A DNA stretch of 64,000 bases, from positions 67,022,001 to 67,086,000 of the forward strand of contig NC_043000.1 of the NCBI RefSeq assembly GCF_006345805.1. The letters are read 5' to 3'. The DNA comes from Octopus sinensis. Lineage: Eukaryota. The position numbers were made by a program, and so were the translations under genes. The stretch's first letter is position 1. The number at the start of each line of letters is the position of its first letter. Below, piece after piece: positions 38,059-50,628 of this stretch. The notes under the pieces are model-generated. The model did not search any database, was not told the DNA's origin, and saw only the letters and a program-made list of their open reading frames with translations.

Positions 38059-38327
38059 ATGTATATATATATATAACTAGTACAAGTTATAAAGTGACTG
38101 AAAGGCCAAAAGTTTTGGGCATAATACTTATGAAACTGCAACAAAATCTAGGAGTTTAATCTTATATACATTGACATATAATTATCTCTGGGTTTTGGGA
38201 GTAAAGTCAAAATTGGAGGGTCTCAGGAATAATGGATGTATTCAAATAAGTTTCCCCATTATGCAGTTCAATAAATTAATAAATAAATGAAAATAAAAGG
38301 GAAGCAAGCATATATACATATACACTC

Positions 38328-39146
38328 GCATGTGGATTTGTAGTAAGAAGCTTGCTTCCCAACCATATGGTTCCAGGTTCAGTCTCACTGTGTGGCACAT
38401 TGGGCAAATGTCTTCTACTATAGCTTTGGACTGATCAAAACCTTGTGAGTGGATTTGGTAGACAGAAACTGAATGAAGCCCATTGTGTGTGTGTGTGTGT
38501 GTATGTATATATGAATGTGTGTATGTATCTGTGTTTCCTCCCCCCATCATTGGTGATGATGTGTTTACATCCCCATAGCTTAGTGGTTTGGTAAAAGAGA
38601 ATGATAGAATGCAAGGAGGCAAGGGCCAAGAATGAGCTCCTTTCAAATGTTTGGCCTCACAGAGGCAATGACTGAGACCTTTGGCATTATGTTGTGCTTG
38701 AGCAGAAGACCCATCAAGCCAAGTAAAACCATGGTCATGGCAGATACTGGTGTCACGCAAATCGCACCTGTGCCAGTGGCATGTAAAAGCACCTTTTGAG
38801 CATTGGGCCTCATGGAGCAAGGACTGAGACCATTTGGCATTATGCCATGCTTCGAGCATTGGCCCTCATGGAAGCAGTGACTGAGTCCATTTGGCATTAT
38901 GCTGTGCTTGAGAAAAAGACCAATCAAGCCAAGTAAATCTGCAATCATGGCAGATAGTGGTGTCATGCAAATGGCATGTAAAAGCACCCATTACACTCTC
39001 AGAGTGGTTGGCATTAAGAAGGGCATCCAACCGTAGAAACCATGCCAAAACAGACTGGGGTCTGGTGCAGCCTCTCAGCTTACCAACCCTGGTCAAACCA
39101 TCCAGCTCATGCCAGCATGGACAATGGATGTTAAATGATGATGATG
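38328..39146 (+). mobile_element. Composite: SINE family A head and body (38328-38610) joined to an RTE-type 3' tail (about 38640-39146)
   Basis: Family A sequence runs to gatagaat (38610). It then switches to ggcctcacagaggcaatgactgagacctttggcattatg...aagaagggcatccaaccgtagaaacc...ttaaatgatgatgatg. Confidence 0.75.
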
Positions 39147-39204
39147 TATATATGTATGTAGATATAATATGTATGTATGTAGATATAACATGTATGTATA
39201 TATG

Positions 39205-39235
<31 letters not shown>

Positions 39236-39486
39236 TATATATGTATGTAAATATATATACGTTTGTAGATATATATATATGTATGTATGTATATATGTGT
39301 ATATATATAATAAGTATGTATATATGTGTATATATAATATGTATGTATATATGTGTATATATAATATGTATGTATATATATATATGCATGTGTATATATG
39401 TATGTGTATATATTTTATGTATGTATATATATATATGTGTGTGTATATATTATATGTATGTGTATATGCATATACATGTATATGTG

Positions 39487-39537
<51 letters not shown>
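39147..39537. repeat. (TA/TG)n compound microsatellite
   Basis: Direct reading; begins at the RTE (TGA)n tail. Confidence 0.95.
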
Positions 39538-39540
<3 letters not shown>

Positions 39541-40847
39541 TAAGGTTCAGTTGAATTAGTTACTTAAATTGAGGTACCTTGTTAGGTCAGAGTAACATGT
39601 ATACTCAACAATATTAAGTAAATATCAGACTTGATGCATAAGTGCCGGCCATATGATATCTTTGCAGTGTATGCAGATAATAAGACCCAGCTGCTCGAAG
39701 AAATCCACTCATAGCTATTCAGACATGTACTTTATATTAAAAATGCTGTCTATAATATTTATGAAGCATTGATTCCAGGTTAGGTGAATAAAATATTAGT
39801 GTGTAACAAAGCGGTACAGGTGTCAATTCATTATGGTTGTTTCCAACGACTCCTTTAATTGATTATTGAGAACAATACATCATTGTAAAGAAACTGTTTT
39901 ATCTGATGAAAATGGTTTCTTTAAAATGATGTAATGTTCTCATTAATCAATTAAAGAAGTCATTGGAAATAGCTGTTACCTGCACCTCTTTGTTACTCAA
40001 ATTATATATATATATTATATTTATGTATATATGTATGCATTGGAATATATAAATTTTTAAGCAGCAATTTGATGGTGGCAAAATGTGATAATCCTATAAA
40101 CTAATTTGTAAATTTCTTGCTTATCTGTAAACCTGGTAACTCTTACACATTTTTTATAAAACCTGTAGTTTGTTGTTATAAATCTATATCAGACTGAAAT
40201 TTACAAATGTATGCTGTTAAATACTCTTTATATAGAAATCTTAGCTATTAAGTGTGTATATGTCTGGTTTGACTGTTTTTTTTTGTTTTTATTTGATGTG
40301 CAACATGCACACGTTAACAAACTGTACACATTTTTCATTCAAAGCACGCCTATATTTTTGTGTATCAACTTCTCACTGCAGATCACATTTCTCTTTTTAT
40401 AAAAGAAGTTATTATGAACCATATAGGCTTTAAGTCCTTGTTGCCACTTATACATATAATAAAAGCATTTTCATAACACAACTACAAATACGTATGTAGT
40501 GCTTTTATGTTTCTATGTATAAAAAACAATAAGACAGCCTGTTTTGTTGATTTTTTTTCTTCAATCTCTTCTGTTGTGGTGGTAATAAAACTGTTGTGGT
40601 AATGTTGTTAGCATTTCTATCACGGTCCAATCTTACAGGGACACCAAAACTGAGCATTGTGAAGAAATGAAACACTGCTGTGACTTAATAGCAGTGAGTC
40701 ATTCCACCTTACAATCAAGTAACCGTATGATGCTCTTTTGAGTTAAATCTGTTAAGGTACAGAGTGCTAATGACAAAACATGAATTGCCTGCCCCTCAGT
40801 AAGTTGTCCAATATTCTATCCATTTGAGCTTGTGATTTGCAGGAAAC

Positions 40848-40889
<42 letters not shown>

Positions 40890-42689
40890 TGTGTATGTGT
40901 GTATGTTTATTTTAACAACTGGAAAGTCTGTTAAACTCATGTTGAGAAGTTTATATTTTCTGATGACATATCTGTTTAGTATATGATAGATGTTTCCTGT
41001 TCTAATAAAAGTCTTGGGAATGTTACACTTGTCCTTTTCTGATAAGAAATGATTAGATCAACATACAGGCAGCCTTTGCTAGGATTCTTGACCTGTGGAA
41101 GGTGTGAGTGATTTAATGACTTCAGGAATAATATCGAAGTGTTTGTTATTTTCTTACTGTTGCTCTGTTGTTATTCTTTGATCCCAGATCAACCTTGATT
41201 GAGCAAACCTGGGATCAAAGTTTTTCATCTACAATCATCTCATGTATTTGTATGTCTAAGACCACATTAATTAATGTGTCTTTATTTTTAATTACAGTAT
41301 GGAGTAATTTGAGGGAATTGGCTGCTATCTCTAGCAGCTGAAATGATCTCATTGAGGCTCCCTAATGTATAATTATGTTGTGGATTGTAGAAGATATAAT
41401 GTTATGTCAGAGTCCAGTCCTGGTTATTTTGTGGTTGTTATTTTTGTTATTTGTTAATTATAACTTCTCACTATAAAATCCATATGAGGTTTTATAACTG
41501 TTTGTTAATATGTATTTAGCGGAATAATTGAGTCTTATTTGCACTATATTATAAAACTTTTTTATGAATATGTTTCTGTGTAGTTATGTAGTTATATGAA
41601 AGCATTTGGTTATTATTGGTTCTAATGAATATTCTAGTTGTGTTTTTCCAGCAAGTCTCTATCATATGTAAACATATGGCTTCCACCTGCAAGTGCATAA
41701 TCAAATACTTCCTAAGGTTGTGGATATCTGGCCGGTGTAGCAATTATAGAATTGCCAACTTTCATTATTACATGTGAAGTCTTAAACTTCATTGGTAACA
41801 CAAAGCCTATAACAGGTTTTGACTAACAGAATCTCCAGCAGTTTGTTTGACTAAATATGTACAAATGAATGGCTATAACCAAATTACACATAGGTAGAAC
41901 TACTGTTGAAAATCAAAAGGTTCTTGACTTTTATATTTTTGTAATATATATCTATTTTTGTAATATATCTATCTCCTAGTTGTATTTTATTTCCTTTTTT
42001 AAGGATATTTCTCAGGATTTTTCCATCTTTTTGATAGAATGAATGAAATTGATTTTTGTTGTAAGTTTTGTGAAGTATGTTTGAGTTTTCTTCATACGAG
42101 TTAGTGTTTGTGTTTTGTTTATTCTGTTGTTAATAATATGTTTCTCAAATCAAGAATTAAAATAGCTGGTGATGAAGACTTTTTTATTCCTGCTATTTCG
42201 GCTGTCAATGTTTTACTGGATGAACTCAAAGTGAAATGATATACTTCGTCCTTATTTTTGTCAGATACATCATTAGGCAATATGAACAGCTTAACCTTAA
42301 AAGGGTTAACAGATTTTCCAACAGTTTGTTTAGCCAAAAACAAAAAAGAAAAAAAAAATGATTAGCTATGCCTAAATTACAGATTTGTTTTCTCAGTTTT
42401 GTTTCATTATACTAATAATCCTATTATCTCAAATAGTAACAGTTAAAATATTTCTGATTTTAAAAATGTCAGTTATTTTACTGAGATTTTGAGATTATAT
42501 CAGAATTGATTAAAAAAGAATTGGTTTTATCAAAAGAAAAAAAAGTCGTAAAAATAAAAAATATTCATTATGCAATTTTTTGTTGAGTTTAAGAAAATTG
42601 AAATTATTCATAGTACCCAGTTGACAAATTTATAAATTGCTTCAAATCAATCAAATTTTGTTTAAATGCCGCCCCTTTTTGTTATTATT

Positions 42690-42885
42690 AATGTCAGATA
42701 AAATGCCTTATGGTATTTGTTCTGGCTCTTTATGTTCGGAGTTCAAATCCCACCGAGGTGAACTTTGCCTTTCATCCCTCCAGGGTCGACAAAATAAGTA
42801 CCAGTTAAGTACTGGGGTTGATGTAATCGGCTATCCCTTTCCCCTCGAAAACTGCTGGCTCTGTGCCAAAATTTGAAACCATTTA
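42690..42885 (+). mobile_element. SINE family D copy
   Basis: ggagttcaaatcccaccgaggtgaactttgcctttcatcc...aaaataagtaccagttaagtactggggttgatgtaatcggc...ctgtgccaaaatttgaaacc. Confidence 0.75.
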
Positions 42886-43814
42886 TTATTATTTGCTCCT
42901 TTCTCCTGATTGTCTTTCGACCAATGATTGCATGAAGGATAGCACAGTCTGACAATGTTAATTCTGTTATTACAGACTGTATTGTTATTGTTGTTGTTGT
43001 TGTTATTTCAATCCCTCCTCATTGTCTTGCATTCAAATGCTTCAATTTGTTAAAATAAATGTTAAATGCTAATAATTAGATCAATTACTATCAAAACTCA
43101 TTTAAATATCTAAGTGAATTAACTTGTGATTTTTTTTTTTCTTTTTAAAAATTCTTTAATTTTTATATAATGTGTTATGAGAAATGTGTAAATGTTTGCA
43201 GTGATTCCCATGTTTTAAATTAAAAGTATCACCTTACATTGTTGAATTAGAACGCTCTATGTAATATTCAAAATCGGATCTTCAGAAGAAGAAATTGACT
43301 GAAGTATATGGATATCATATATGTAAAGATAGAAGAGTAATTTTTTTTTAATTAAAAACTACATTGTAAAGAAATTCTCTTTTTTTTTTTTAACTCTAGA
43401 ATTTTTGTGAGTGCATATTAAATTCAAAATCCCATGCAGTGTTTTATATATCTCTTTTGGAAAAAAAATGTGATTTTTCTTCAGCATAATCTACTGGTCG
43501 TGCCAAAAGTATTGCTACTGGATAATTTGATTGAGGTGGGAATATACATTTTTTTTTTCATATTTTCAACATTCTGTATATTTCCACCGTTGTTAAATAA
43601 TTTCCTTTGTTTCTAATAAATTTTATTGTAAATTTGATCTTTTTCTTATTCTTCATTTACTTATCCTATATGTTAAATTAATGAATTGAGAATGATCATA
43701 AACATACAATAAATTTTTCACACTCAATATTTTATATATAGTCCAACATGTGCTAACATGGAAGGTGGATGTTAAACAATGATAGTGATGGTCAAAGTAT
43801 GCCCTGGCTTAAAC

Positions 43815-43896
43815 TATTATATCTATATATATATATAATTATATATATAACATATATATATATACATACATATAACGTATATGTATATATATATGC

Positions 43897-43928
<32 letters not shown>

Positions 43929-44230
43929 GTATATTTTATATTATATATATACGTATATGCATATATATATATACGTATATGCATATATATATATATATAC
44001 GTATATGTATATGTATATGTATATATATATATTATATATACGTATATGCATATAATATATATAATATATACATATATGCAATATATATATACGTATATGC
44101 ATATATATATATATTATACGTATATGCATATATATATATATACGTATATGCATATATATATTATTATACGTATATGCATATATATATATTATATACGTAT
44201 ATGCATATATATATATATATATATATATAT
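43815..44230. repeat. TA-rich minisatellite built from tacgtatatgcatata units
   Basis: Repeated TACGTA and ATGCAT palindromic hexamers embedded in (TA)n. Confidence 0.85.
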
Positions 44231-45603
44231 TATGCTTTATTTTAAGCAGCAGAAAATTCAACAAAATCTGTTACTCGAGTTTCTCGTTGCCGTTCATCAG
44301 ACAGTTTTTGCTAGATGGAACTGATATATCAATTCAATCTATACTCTTACAAACGCTACACCTTTAAAAAGAAATGGACTTGTTTGATTGGCCCTTTAGA
44401 AAAAACGGTCAATCTCTCGAGCGAAAACAAAAAGGTCAAAAATATTATGTATATATATATATAAAAAACTTTAAAAAATTATAAAATCCGAGGAAAAAAC
44501 CTTACATTGAATAAAATACATATTGACGTTAATGAAGAAAAGTGCAAATTAATGCATAGAAATTAAACCTGTTATAAATATTACACTGCAATACATATTT
44601 ATATTAAAAATCTACATATATATATCAACATACACAAAATTATGCGTGCAAACGCCATACCATATACAGACATATGAATATAAATCTAAATATACACATA
44701 AAGCATGTTGGTACATATATTCACGCAAACCCCCCATCTCGCATGCAAGTTAAAAATGATGTATGTAGCGATTCTCATATAGAGTAAAGGGGGGGGGAAG
44801 GGAACGAAAGAGGGAGGGAGAGGAGAAAAAGGAACGAAGGAGGTGTGGGGAAAAAAACGAAATAAGAAAAAATTATGTATACAAGCAGTGTAACGGCATT
44901 ATGGCATATATGGAGAAAAGTATACATACATAAGTTTGAATGGATACAGTCGTGTATATGTGTGCTAAGCACAACATACTTTCACTTACACATACACAGA
45001 TACGCATGCTTGCAAATACATATGCTTTGCTATGCACATACTTATATCAACATTCTAATTTTGACAACATTGCTTTTTTTTAAAAAAACATTGCTTTTTT
45101 TTTAAAAAAAAAAAAAAAAAAAGGTGCATTGCATTAATAAAATTATACGAAAGACATATAAAATAAAATATAACATCCTATTTTGGGTCATTTATAATAA
45201 TTAAGGTAATATAATAATCAAGGTAATCCTATATAATACAATAACATGAAAACAAAAGTTGGAGGTTTTTCCTAATATATATGTAGAAACATAAGACTTT
45301 GCTATACGGATTAAGATCCGCATTCCTTGGAAACAAAATCCATCGTAGCGCTCATCGTTCAAGAGTCAAAATCAAAATCAAAAATACATATATGCTTTGC
45401 TATGCACATACTTATATCTAAGTAAAGAGAGTATATATATATATATGTATATGTGTATATGTATATGTTTATATATATGTATATATGTTTATATATATGT
45501 ATATATGTTTATATATGTGTGTATATGTTTATATATATGTGTTTATTATGTGTGTGTGTGTGTATATATATATATATGTATGTGTATATATGTATATGTA
45601 TAT

Positions 45604-46010
45604 AGGAGTGGCTGTGTGGTAAGTAGCTTGCTAACCAAACACATGGTTCCGGGTTCAGTCCCACTGCGTGGCATCTTGGGCATGTGTCTTCTGCTATAGC
45701 CCCGGGCCGACCAATGCCTTGTGAGTGGATTTGGTAGACAGAAACTGAAAGAAGCCTGTCGTATATATGTATATATATATATAATATATATATATATATG
45801 TGTTTGTGTGTGTGTGTTGTCCCCCTAGCATTGCTTGACAACCGATGCTGGTGTGTTTACGTCCCCGTCACTTAGCGGTTCGGCAAAAGAGACCGATAGA
45901 ATAAGTACTGGGCTTACAAAGAATAAGTCCCGGGGTCGATTTGCTCGACTAAAGGCGGTGCTCCAGCATGGCCGCAGTCAAATGACTGAAACAAGTAAAA
46001 AGTGTAAAAA
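45604..46010 (+). mobile_element. SINE family A, full-length copy
   Basis: Pol III A-box-like TGGCTGTGTGG (45609-45619), B-box-like GGTTCAGTCCC (45652-45662), internal (TA/TG)n, and 3' end ggcggtgctccagcatggccgcagtcaaatgactgaaacaagtaaaa. Confidence 0.9.
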
Positions 46011-46019
46011 AAAAAGAGA

Positions 46020-46215
46020 GTATATGTATGTATGTATATATATATATATATATGTATGTATATGTATGTATGTATATATATGTATGTATGTATGTATATA
46101 TATATATGTATGTATATATATATATATGTATGTATGTATATATATATTGTATGTATATATATTATATATATGTATATATATGTATGTATTATATATATAT
46201 ATGTATGTATGTATG

Positions 46216-46246
<31 letters not shown>

Positions 46247-46256
46247 GTATGTTATG

Positions 46257-46299
<43 letters not shown>

Positions 46300-46458
46300 A
46301 TGTATGTATGTGTATGTATGTATATATGTATGTATATATGTATGTATATATGTATGTATATATGTATGTATATATATATGTATATATACATGTATATATG
46401 TATGTATATATATATGTATATATACATGTATATATATGTATGTATATATATATATATG

Positions 46459-46505
<47 letters not shown>

Positions 46506-47036
46506 GTATGTATATGTATGTATATGTATGTATATATATATATGTATGTATATATATATATATATATATGTATATGTATATATATGTATGTATATATATA
46601 TATGTATGTATATGTATGTATATATATATATATATGTATATATATGTATGTATATGTATGTATATATATATATGTATATATATGTATGTATGTATGTATA
46701 TATATATATATATATGTATATATATGTATGTATATGTATGTATATATATATATATATGTATATATATGTATGTATATGTATGTATATATATATATGTATG
46801 TATATGTATGCATATATATATATATATGTACGTATGTATATGTATGTATATATATATATATGTATGTATGTATATGTATGTATATATATGTATGTATGTA
46901 TATGTATGTATATATATATATATATATGTATATGTATGTATATATATATATATATGTATGTATATATATATATATATGTATATGTATGTATATATATATA
47001 TATGTATATGTATGTATATGTATATGTATGTATATG

Positions 47037-47067
<31 letters not shown>

Positions 47068-47180
47068 GTATATGTATGTATATATATGTATATGTATGTA
47101 TATATATATATATGTATATGTATGTATATATATATATGTATGTATGTATATATATATATATATATGTATATATATGTATG

Positions 47181-47217
<37 letters not shown>

Positions 47218-47383
47218 AATATGTATGTATATATATATATGGATAGTATGTGTATATATATATATATATATGCTAAGCAATAAGGGTTTAGCAACGAGTT
47301 GCCTTACCACATTATTACGGATATATATATATATATGTATATATATGTATGTATTATATATATGTATGTATATGTATGTATAT

Positions 47384-47419
<36 letters not shown>

Positions 47420-47482
47420 GTATGTATATATATATATATGTATGTATATGTATGTATATGTATGTATATATATATATGTATG

Positions 47483-47516
<34 letters not shown>

Positions 47517-47522
47517 TATATG

Positions 47523-47556
<34 letters not shown>

Positions 47557-47862
47557 TATATATGTATGTATATATGTATGTATATGTATGTATATATATG
47601 TATGTATTATATATATATGTATGTATATGTATGTATATGTATGTATATATATATATATATGTATGTATATATATATATATGTATGATATATATATATATA
47701 TGTATGTATTATAGTATGTAATGTATGTATATATATGTATGTATTGTTATGTATGTTATATATATGTAGTATCTAGATGTTATGTATATATATATATGTA
47801 TGTATATGTATGTATATTATATGTATGTATATATGTATGTATATGTATGTATATATATGTAT

Positions 47863-47893
<31 letters not shown>

Positions 47894-48033
47894 TGTATAT
47901 ATATGTATATGTATGTATATATATGTTTATGTATGTATGTATATGTATGTATATATATATGTATATGTATGTTTATGTATATGTATGTATATATGTATAT
48001 GTATGTATATATATATATATATATATATATGTA
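46020..48033. repeat. Compound (TA)n/(TATG)n array of about 2 kb with one non-repetitive island (about 47270-47320)
   Basis: Direct reading; source of the long YI/MY/VC ORFs in the ORF track. Confidence 0.95.
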
Positions 48034-50628
48034 TGGGAGATTTTAACCTTCCGAAAGTCAAATGGCCAGATGGCCATCTCCTCCCTGGAATGACATCACT
48101 TGAACAGAGACAGACAGAGTCCTTGTTGGCTCTCACACGCAAGTTTTTCATGGAGCAAGCAGTGCTTTGGCCAACAAGAGGTGAGAATGTCTTGGACCTC
48201 TGTTTCACAAGCAACCCGATGCTCATCCACAACATAATGGTAAACCAACAATTCTCTCAGATCACAACTTAGTAGAGGTAATGATATATGGTATGAGAGA
48301 GTTAGTTGAGACGCAGCCATTAGAAAATACCACAGGCCTATCCAGTCTAAACTTCCATAAGGCAAACTGGAAGAAGATCAACGAAGAGATCCGAAAACAT
48401 GACTGGAGTGACTTCATCACCACACAAGACACCAACACACATTCCAACATTTCATGACAACAATACAGAACATATGCCATAAGTTTGTCCCGGAGAAAAA
48501 AGCCAGCGGGCATAGGAACGTTATTCCCAGAGACAGGAAAATACTTATGAGGCGAAGAGCTAAGCTCTCGAAGCAACTGAATGCACGGCAGAGAAACAAT
48601 GAGGGACTCCACCTGAAACTTTTTGAAACGGAAACTGCACTCAAACTTTCCTATGAGAAGGAGAGGGCAGAGAGAGAAGCCAGGGCCATAGAGATATTAA
48701 AACAAACCCTAAAGCCTTCTTTAAATTGCGAAAGAAACCACCTCGGTACACTGCAAGATTGGCCCACTCTTTGATAAAAAGGGCTCTCTAACTGAGGACC
48801 CCCAAGGGATAAGTGAAATACTAAAGGAACAGTATAAAAGTGTGTTCACATCCCCTCTGGGGCACATGCAAATCACAAACCCAGAAGTTTTCTTTGATGC
48901 CACAACACTCCAAAACAAACAACAACCATCGACCACATAGACATAACAGAGAGGGATGTAATATCTGCCATAGAAGAAATGAGAATAACTCAGCTGCTGG
49001 ACCAGATGGATTCCCAGCAGTCCTCCTAAAAACATGCAGGCATGCCCTAGCGGGACCACTGAAGAAGCTCTTCAGTGGTTCCTTGGCTAACGGTAAACTG
49101 CCCAGGGCGCTAAAAGAAGGCACCATATGCCCTATCCACAAGGAGGGAGTAGAGCAGAGGCCAAAAACTACAGGCCAGTCTCCCTGACGTCACACATAAG
49201 TAAGGTCATGGAACGAATCATCAGAAAAAAACTGATCACGTTCCTCGAAGAAACTAACCGTCTCACTGACACACAGCATGGCTTTCGCCCAGGAAGAAGC
49301 TGCCTTACGCAGCTGTTACAACACTACGACTGGGTACTGAAACAACTACTGGATCGCTCACAGGTGGATGTGGTATATCTCGACTTTGCGAAGGCCTTGA
49401 CAAAGTCGACCACGGAGTGATATGTCACAAATTACTCAGACTCGGCATAACAGGAAAAGTAGGTGAGTGGATACATGACTTCCTGAAGGACAGAAGCCAG
49501 ATGGTTGCAGCCAATGGAGCCCTCTCGGGAAAGACACCAATAGCAAGCGGGGTGCCACAGGGCACAGTCTTGGGACCCTTGCTGTTTTTGGTGGCGCTCT
49601 CTGACATTGCCCTTGGTAGCACAAACAACATCCCTCACTAGCTATGCTGATGACACAAAGGTAGCACAGGCAATCAAAAACCCAGCTGATGCTGACCTTT
49701 TACAACAAGATCTGGATGCCATATAAATGGGCTGAAGACAACAACATGCAATTTAATGCTGGTAAATTTCAAGCCTTACAATATCAAGCTGTAAACACAT
49801 ATACATTACAACACAACTATACTGGTCCAGGAGGGATCGAAATCCCAGTATCGAAATCAATACGGGACCTGGGGATAGACATGAGTGACGATGCATCTTT
49901 TTCTTCACACATCGCGAAGGTGGCGACAATGTGCAGACGACTCACTGGCTGGATCCTGAGGACATTCCGGACAAGAGACTGCGAGACCATGTTGACACTA
50001 TGGAGAACATAGCCGCCTGGACTACTGCTCCCAACTGTGGTCACCGCATAGTGTCAAACTAACCACAGAGCTTGAGACAATCCAAAGACATTTCACCAAG
50101 AGGATTTCCACCATGAAAGAAAAGAACTATTGGGAGAGGCTTAGAGAACTCAATTTGTACTCCTTGGAACGAAGACGAGAGAGATATGCAGTGATATACA
50201 TATGGAAAATCCTGGAGGGACTAGCACCAAATTTTGGAATTGAGAGCTGTTCCAATCCCCGTACAGGACGTCACTGTGTGGTGCCAAAGGTCCCGTCTTC
50301 CACATCCAGGGTAAGGAGCAGATACTGTAATAGCCTGGGGTTCAGGGGCCCTCAGCTGTTCAACAAACTGCCAAGAAAACTAAGAGATCTACATGATGCG
50401 GATGTGGACATTTTTAAAAAACATCTAGACAAGCTGCTTTCCGGGATCCCAGATGAACCCACTGCAAGGTACGAAGGTAACCTAAGGGCAGCAGCTACAA
50501 ACTCTCTCTTAGATCAGTGGCCAGCCACGGCAAACTGGACTTAGAGAGGGTAGCAACAAGGGCGGTGCCCCAGCATGGCCTCAGCCGGATGGTTGAAACA
50601 AGTAAAAGAGTAAAAGAGTAAAAGAGTA
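48032..50628 (+). mobile_element. CR1-like LINE, 5'-truncated inside the APE endonuclease, frameshifted, 3' end intact
   Basis: Endonuclease motifs GDFNLP and PTRGENVLDL. RT motifs NYRPVSLTS, QHGFRPGRSCLTQLL, YLDFAKA, SGVPQGTVLGPLLF and YADD (ctatgctgatgac, about 49642-49654). C-terminal LNLYSLERRRER...FNKLP. 3' tail (GTAAAAGA)3 at 50602-50625. Confidence 0.9.

Noticed and set aside
40660-40705. SECIS-like look (AUGA...UGAG around a hairpin)
   Set aside because: Forming the GA quartet needs a 3-nt bulge and leaves only about 6 bp of helix II. PGAP3 also has no in-frame UGA.
42119-42343. 74-aa minus-strand ORF with protein-like composition (KVKLFILPNDV...ILILDLRN)
   Set aside because: I recognise no family, and I could not link it to other exons with consistent splice sites. 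A tBLASTn or RNA-seq check would settle it.
44268-44300. Possible minus-strand first coding exon (ATG AAC GGC AAC GAG AAA CTC GA|gtaaca)
   Set aside because: The donor is weak and no downstream exons were identified. It is retained only as part of the CpG-boundary hypothesis.
45604-45680. tRNA-like sequences (also at 62198, 63042, 58135 and family D heads)
   Set aside because: They have A/B-box-like motifs but no closed cloverleaf and continue into SINE bodies, so they are SINE heads rather than tRNA genes.
45835-48272. Very long ORFs (up to 552 aa) composed of Y/I/M/V/C/H/T
   Set aside because: They are translations of (TA/TG)n arrays that lack stop codons in several frames on both strands. 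The same applies to ORFs at 39.1, 43.8, 50.6, 57.4 and 62.0 kb.
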